A stretch of DNA of 64,000 bases from contig OX638340.1 of the NCBI GenBank assembly GCA_951812955.1, forward strand, positions 2,208,001-2,272,000, in the 5' to 3' direction. Source of the DNA: an uncultured Gemmatimonadota bacterium. GTDB lineage: Bacteria > JAAXHH01. The position numbers were made by a program, and so were the translations under genes. Of this stretch, positions 59,374 to 64,000 are shown piece after piece. Position 1 is the stretch's first letter. Each line of letters starts with the position of its first letter. The notes under the pieces are model-generated. The model ran no database searches and was not told the origin of the DNA. It worked only from the letters and a program-made list of their open reading frames with translations.

Positions 59374-59799
59374 GTGGCCGTGTCCATCATATCCTCCGCT
59401 ATGCTCGTCAACCCCGATGGAGACATCCTCGTCAACCTCCGCGACGACGACCCCCGGATCATCTTCCCGAATCTGTGGAGCCTCATCGGGGGCCACGTGG
59501 AAGCGGGAGAATCGCCCGAAGAAGGCCTGGTCAGAGAGGTGCTGGAGGAGATCGGCTACCGGTTGACCGAGTACCACGCCCTGGCGACCTTCTTCGACGG
59601 GGAAGACGTGCGTCACCTCTATCTCTCCCCGATCGACGTCCCGATCGAAGATCTCGTACTGGGCGAAGGCCAGGCCATCCGGTTCATCGATCCCAGGCGG
59701 GCGCTCGCCGAACTCGACCTGTGCGTCACCGGCCGGCGGTGCATCGAGGTCTACCTGCGCCACCTCGAATTCCAGGCGTACGTCCGCACGCGAAGCTGA
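59374..59799 (+). CDS. NUDIX hydrolase
   Basis: Nudix box GGHVEAGESPEEGLVREVLEEIGY. Start ambiguous (GTG 59374 or ATG 59401). Confidence 0.7.
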   Translation: MAVSIISSAMLVNPDGDILVNLRDDDPRIIFPNLWSLIGGHVEAGESPEEGLVREVLEEIGYRLTEYHALATFFDGEDVRHLYLSPIDVPIEDLVLGEGQAIRFIDPRRALAELDLCVTGRRCIEVYLRHLEFQAYVRTRS

Positions 59800-59861
59800 G
59801 GGCGGCCCGCCAACCCGGATCCGCCAACACGGATCCCAGCAACCTCCCGAAAGACTTTCCC

Positions 59862-62800
59862 CTACGCTTTCTTCAACCCCCATGACCTGACCATGTAGTA
59901 GATGACCGGAATGACCACGAGGGTCAGTACCGTAGAAGTCACCATGCCGCCCACCATGGGCGCGGCGATGCGCTGCATGACCTCCGATCCCGTGCCGGTT
60001 CCCCACATGATGGGCGTCAACCCGGCCATGGTGGCGGCGACCGTCATCATCTTGGGGCGCACGCGCTCCACGGCCCCGTGCATGACGACCTCGTAGAGAT
60101 CCTGACGTGTGTTCAGCGCGTCACGGTCTACCCGTTCCTGGTAGGCCTGTTTCAGATAGAGCAGCATGACGACCCCCGTTTCCGCCGCCACGCCGGCCAG
60201 CGCGATGAACCCGACGCCCACCGCGATGCTGAAATCGTAGTCCATCAGATACATCAGCCACACGCCGCCCACGAGCGCGAAGGGCAGCGATAGCATGACG
60301 ATCATACTGTCCGTGACGTTGCGAAAGTTCATGTATAGCAGCAGGAGAATGATGGCCAGGGTGACGGGCACGACGACCTGCAGACGGCGCTGCGCCCGCT
60401 CCATGTACTCGTACTGCCCGCTCCAGACCATGCTGTATCCCACGGGCAGGGAAACCCGTTCCGCGATGTGCTGTCGGGCGGTTTCCACGTAGGCGCCGAT
60501 GTCCGTGTCCTTCAGATCCACGTATACCCAGGCCGTGGGCCGGGCGTTCTCCGACTTGATGCCGGCGGGTCCTTTCCGAAATCGGATTTCTGCCACCTGG
60601 CTGATGGGGATCTGCGCCCCCGAGGGCGTAGGAATCAGGATGCGCCTGAGGTCCGATACGTCGTCGCGCAGCTCCCGGGCATAGCGGATGTTCACCGGGT
60701 AGCGCTCGAGTCCCTCGACCGTGTGAGTCACGTCCACGCCGCCCACCGCTGACATGATGACATCCTGCACGTCGCCCACGGTCATCCCGTAGCGTGCCGC
60801 CTCGACGCGGTCGATCTCGAAGTCGAGGTAGTTCCCGCCAAGTGTCTTCTCCGGGAAGACGCTGAGCGTGCCCGGCAGTTCACTGAGTTCTACCGCGACC
60901 TGCTCTGCCAGATCCGACAGCTCGGCCAGATCGTTCCCCATCAGCTTGACGCCCACCGGGGTCCGGATGCCCGTGGACAGCATGTCGATCCGGGTGCGGA
61001 TGGGCATGGTCCAGGCGTTGGTCAGACCCGGAAACTGGATCGCGTTGTTGAGGGCTTCTACGAGTCCTTCGCGGGTCATGCCCGGCCGCCATTCTTCCTC
61101 GGGCTTTAACATGATGGTGGTCTCGATCATGGACAGCGGCGCAGGGTCGGTCGCCGTGTCAGCCCGTCCCACCTTGCCGAATACCCGTTCCACTTCCGGG
61201 AAGGAACTTATGATCTTATCGGTCTGCTGCAGGAGCTGTCGGGCCTTGGTAATCGATATGCCTGGATCCGTGGTGGGCATGTAGAGCAGGTCGCCCTCGT
61301 AGAGCGGCGGCATGAACTCGGACCCGATCCGCTGCAGCGGATACCACGTGGCCGAGAGGACGACCACCGCGACGGCGATGGTCAGCCACCTCAGGCGGAT
61401 CGCCGACCGGATCACGGGCCGGTACAGGAACACGAGCAGCCGGCTGAGCGGATTCCTGCGTTCCGGCAGCAGACGTCCCCGGACCAGGTAGCCGATCAGT
61501 ACGGGTACGAACGTAATCGCCAGCAGGGCGGCCGCTGCCATGGTGTACGTCTTGGTATAGGCCAGGGGCTTGAAGAGCCGGCCCTCCTGGGCCTGCAGGG
61601 CGAAGATTGGCGCGAAAGACAGCGTGATGATGAGCAGGGAGTAGAAGAGGGACGGTCCCACTTCCTTCGTGGCGTCGAGGACGATCTGCCAGTGGTCCTT
61701 CTTCCCGCGGTCCCGCTCCATGTGCTTGTGCGTGTTTTCGATCATGACGATGGCGGCGTCCACCAGCGTGCCGATGGCAATGGCGATCCCGCCGAGGGAC
61801 ATGATATTGGCGTTGATCCCCTGCCAGGACATGACCAGGAAGGCGGCGAGCACGCTGATCGGAAGGGTGAGGATGACCACCAGGGCCGATCGGAAGTGGA
61901 TCAGGAAGATGATGCAGACCAGGGCGACGATGAGGCTTTCTTCCAGAAGCTTGTTGCTCAGGTTGTCGATGGCCCGTTCGATCAGGTTCGACCGGTCGTA
62001 GGCCGTGATGATCTCCACGCCCTCCGGAAGGCCCGATTTGAGCGACTCCAGCTTCTCCTCCACGTCCCGGATGACCTCCATGGCGTTCTCGCCGTACCGC
62101 ATGACGATGATGCCGCCGACGATCTCCCCCTCGCCGTTCCATTCCGCCAGCCCGCGCCGCAGTTCCGGTCCGGTCGTTACCCGCGCTACCTGGTGCAGCA
62201 AGACGGGCGTGCCGAAATCGTCTACACCAAGGGTGACGTTCTCCAGGTCCTCGACGGACTTGATGTACCCCAGTCCTCGGACCATGTATTCTGTTTCCGC
62301 CATTTCCACGACCCGGCCGCCCACGTCGTTGTTGCTCCGCTGGATCGCCGTCTTGATCCGGTTGAGCGGAATGCCGAAGATCAGCAGCTTGTTGGGGTCG
62401 ACCTCCACCTGGTACTGCTTCACGAACCCGCCGATGCTGGCGACCTCGGAAACGCCATGAACAGAAGTCAGTTCGTATCGCAGGAACCAGTCCTGGATGC
62501 TACGGAGTTCCGCCAGGTTGTGCCGGTCGCTCCTCAGCACGTATTCGTAGACCCATCCCACGCCCGTGGCGTCCGGTCCCAGGCTCGGATTCACGCCTGG
62601 CGGCAATCGGTCGGTCACGTAGCTCAGGTACTCCAGCACGCGGCTACGGGCCCAGTAGATGTCCGTGCCGTCCTCGAAGATGATATACACGAAACTGAGC
62701 CCGAAGAAACTGTAACCCCGAACCGTCTGCGCATGGGGCACCGCGAGCATGGCCGTCGTCAGCGGGTAGGTCACCTGGTCCTCCACCACCTGCGGCGCCT

Positions 62801-62966
62801 GGCCGGGATATTCGGTCAGGACGATCACCTGCACGTCCGAGAGATCCGGGATGGCGTCCAGGGGGATCTCCACCAGGGCCACGGTTCCCCCCGCGATCAA
62901 CAGCAAGGTGACCAGGATCACGAGGAACCGGTTCTTGACAGAGTATTCGATTATGCGTTGTAACAT
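59862..62966 (-). CDS. cusA: CusA/CzcA family heavy-metal efflux RND transporter
   Basis: 1034 aa, 12-TM RND with the HME-family N-terminus MLQRIIEYSVKNRFLVILVTLLLIAGG...IPDLSDVQV. Confidence 0.9.
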   Translation of the reverse strand: MLQRIIEYSVKNRFLVILVTLLLIAGGTVALVEIPLDAIPDLSDVQVIVLTEYPGQAPQVVEDQVTYPLTTAMLAVPHAQTVRGYSFFGLSFVYIIFEDGTDIYWARSRVLEYLSYVTDRLPPGVNPSLGPDATGVGWVYEYVLRSDRHNLAELRSIQDWFLRYELTSVHGVSEVASIGGFVKQYQVEVDPNKLLIFGIPLNRIKTAIQRSNNDVGGRVVEMAETEYMVRGLGYIKSVEDLENVTLGVDDFGTPVLLHQVARVTTGPELRRGLAEWNGEGEIVGGIIVMRYGENAMEVIRDVEEKLESLKSGLPEGVEIITAYDRSNLIERAIDNLSNKLLEESLIVALVCIIFLIHFRSALVVILTLPISVLAAFLVMSWQGINANIMSLGGIAIAIGTLVDAAIVMIENTHKHMERDRGKKDHWQIVLDATKEVGPSLFYSLLIITLSFAPIFALQAQEGRLFKPLAYTKTYTMAAAALLAITFVPVLIGYLVRGRLLPERRNPLSRLLVFLYRPVIRSAIRLRWLTIAVAVVVLSATWYPLQRIGSEFMPPLYEGDLLYMPTTDPGISITKARQLLQQTDKIISSFPEVERVFGKVGRADTATDPAPLSMIETTIMLKPEEEWRPGMTREGLVEALNNAIQFPGLTNAWTMPIRTRIDMLSTGIRTPVGVKLMGNDLAELSDLAEQVAVELSELPGTLSVFPEKTLGGNYLDFEIDRVEAARYGMTVGDVQDVIMSAVGGVDVTHTVEGLERYPVNIRYARELRDDVSDLRRILIPTPSGAQIPISQVAEIRFRKGPAGIKSENARPTAWVYVDLKDTDIGAYVETARQHIAERVSLPVGYSMVWSGQYEYMERAQRRLQVVVPVTLAIILLLLYMNFRNVTDSMIVMLSLPFALVGGVWLMYLMDYDFSIAVGVGFIALAGVAAETGVVMLLYLKQAYQERVDRDALNTRQDLYEVVMHGAVERVRPKMMTVAATMAGLTPIMWGTGTGSEVMQRIAAPMVGGMVTSTVLTLVVIPVIYYMVRSWGLKKA

Positions 62967-63006
62967 GATGAGCCCCTTTAAGTTCCGGACGGTCCAGGCG
63001 GACCGG

Positions 63007-64000
63007 TCAATGCATCATCCGGTGGTCGAGCATTTTCTGGATCGCCTCCTGGAGCCGGCTTTCCGAATCGATCAGGAACTGGGCGGAGGTCACGACCCGT
63101 TCGCCCGCGCTGACGCCGCGCATCGCCTCCACGTAACCTTCCCGACCCTCCATGCCGAGGGTAACTTCGCGGGGCTCGAACTTCCCGCCATCGAGGGCGA
63201 CGAAGACCACGTTGCGCTCGCCGCTGTGGATGACCGCGCTGCCCGGGATAACCAGCAGGGGCCGCTCGCTGCGCGCGGAAAGGCGGATATTGGCGTACAT
63301 CTGGGGTTTCAGTTCGAGATCCCGGTTGGGGAACACCAGACGGATCTTGATGTCACGCGACGCGCGGTCCAGGTAGGGATAGATGTAATCGATCGTGCCG
63401 CGATAGACCTTCCCCGGGTTGTAGGGCAGTTCCATCTCGGCCGTCAGTCCCGGATTCAACCACGGGGCGTCCCCGTCGTATACGTGGGCGAAGGCCCAGA
63501 TGCTCGAAAGATCGGCCATACGGTACATGTCCATGCCTGGCGTGACCCGCATGCCCAGTTCGGCCATCCGCTCCACGACGATGCCCGTTGAAGGCGCATA
63601 GATGGTCAGGGTCCGGGCGATCGTGCCCCTTTCCTCCAGCTCCTGGATCTGCGCCTCGGTCACGTCCCAGTAGAGCAGGCGGCGCCGCGAGGCATCCAGC
63701 AGCGACTCCGCGCCTTTCGTGATGGTCTCAAACGTGCTGTTTTCGAGATTTTCAACGTTCTGGAACGCCAGGAGGTATTCTTCCTGCGCCGCGACGAGTT
63801 CCGGCGAGTAGATGGCCAGCATCGGATCGCCCGCGGCGACCCGCTGACCCGTCTCGTTCACGTAGAGCTTTTCGATCCACCCGGGATACTTGACGTTGAT
63901 CCGGGAATACATTTCCTCGTTGTAGTCCAGGTGGCCGACGGTCCGTATGGATCGGGTCAGCGGACGTTCCTGGACGGCCGCGGTTTGGACGCCGATGTTC
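63007..64000 (-). CDS. cusB: efflux RND periplasmic adaptor (CusB/CzcB family), 5' end outside window
   Basis: The ORF-track Met at 63912 is internal. The same minus-strand frame stays open to the window end (...IGVQTAAVQERPLTRSIRTVGHLDYNEEMYSRINVKYPGW). Membrane-fusion-protein beta-barrel/hairpin regions. Confidence 0.8.
   Translation of the reverse strand, partial: NIGVQTAAVQERPLTRSIRTVGHLDYNEEMYSRINVKYPGWIEKLYVNETGQRVAAGDPMLAIYSPELVAAQEEYLLAFQNVENLENSTFETITKGAESLLDASRRRLLYWDVTEAQIQELEERGTIARTLTIYAPSTGIVVERMAELGMRVTPGMDMYRMADLSSIWAFAHVYDGDAPWLNPGLTAEMELPYNPGKVYRGTIDYIYPYLDRASRDIKIRLVFPNRDLELKPQMYANIRLSARSERPLLVIPGSAVIHSGERNVVFVALDGGKFEPREVTLGMEGREGYVEAMRGVSAGERVVTSAQFLIDSESRLQEAIQKMLDHRMMH

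Overview
This is a GC-rich (roughly 65% by eye) bacterial chromosomal segment of Gram-negative type, judged from a lipobox lipoprotein, a CusA/CusB RND efflux pair and an IHF/HU gene. I call about 59 protein-coding genes and find no rRNA, tRNA or CRISPR array by eye.

Housekeeping blocks are an oadG-oadB-oadA Na+-pumping oxaloacetate decarboxylase, msrA, an MlrC-family peptidase, an M1 aminopeptidase, der, leuCD, a multi-GAF histidine kinase with a receiver-PP2C response regulator, pruA, mutS, and cusA with partial cusB. They are interrupted by three visibly AT-richer islets:
- (i) 26.46-27.24 kb, with two small overlapping ORFs.
- (ii) 28.38-30.55 kb, carrying a DUF262 (ParB-like) + HEPN two-gene module.
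- (iii) 43.14-51.35 kb, carrying a PIN toxin pair, an HsdR_N-like PD-(D/E)xK nuclease, McrBC, and two paralogous PUA-like+HNH endonucleases. This looks like a defense island with no integrase or tRNA in the window.

The most unusual locus is 35.7-37.5 kb. A minus-strand lipoprotein there consists almost entirely of (Gly-Asp)n dipeptide repeats and ends in poly-Asp. It is encoded by a 6-nt periodic repeat that is open in all six frames. An aspartyl/asparaginyl beta-hydroxylase family (CinX/LpxO-type) gene follows it on the same strand. I propose these as a candidate substrate and enzyme pair.

Other points of note:
- A substrate-binding-protein-permease fusion in a CUT1-type ABC operon.
- A creatininase-family gene with an apparent -1 frameshift.
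- Five Fe(II)/2OG-type oxygenase genes in 64 kb.
- Several intergenic direct repeats and a perfect 20-bp palindrome.
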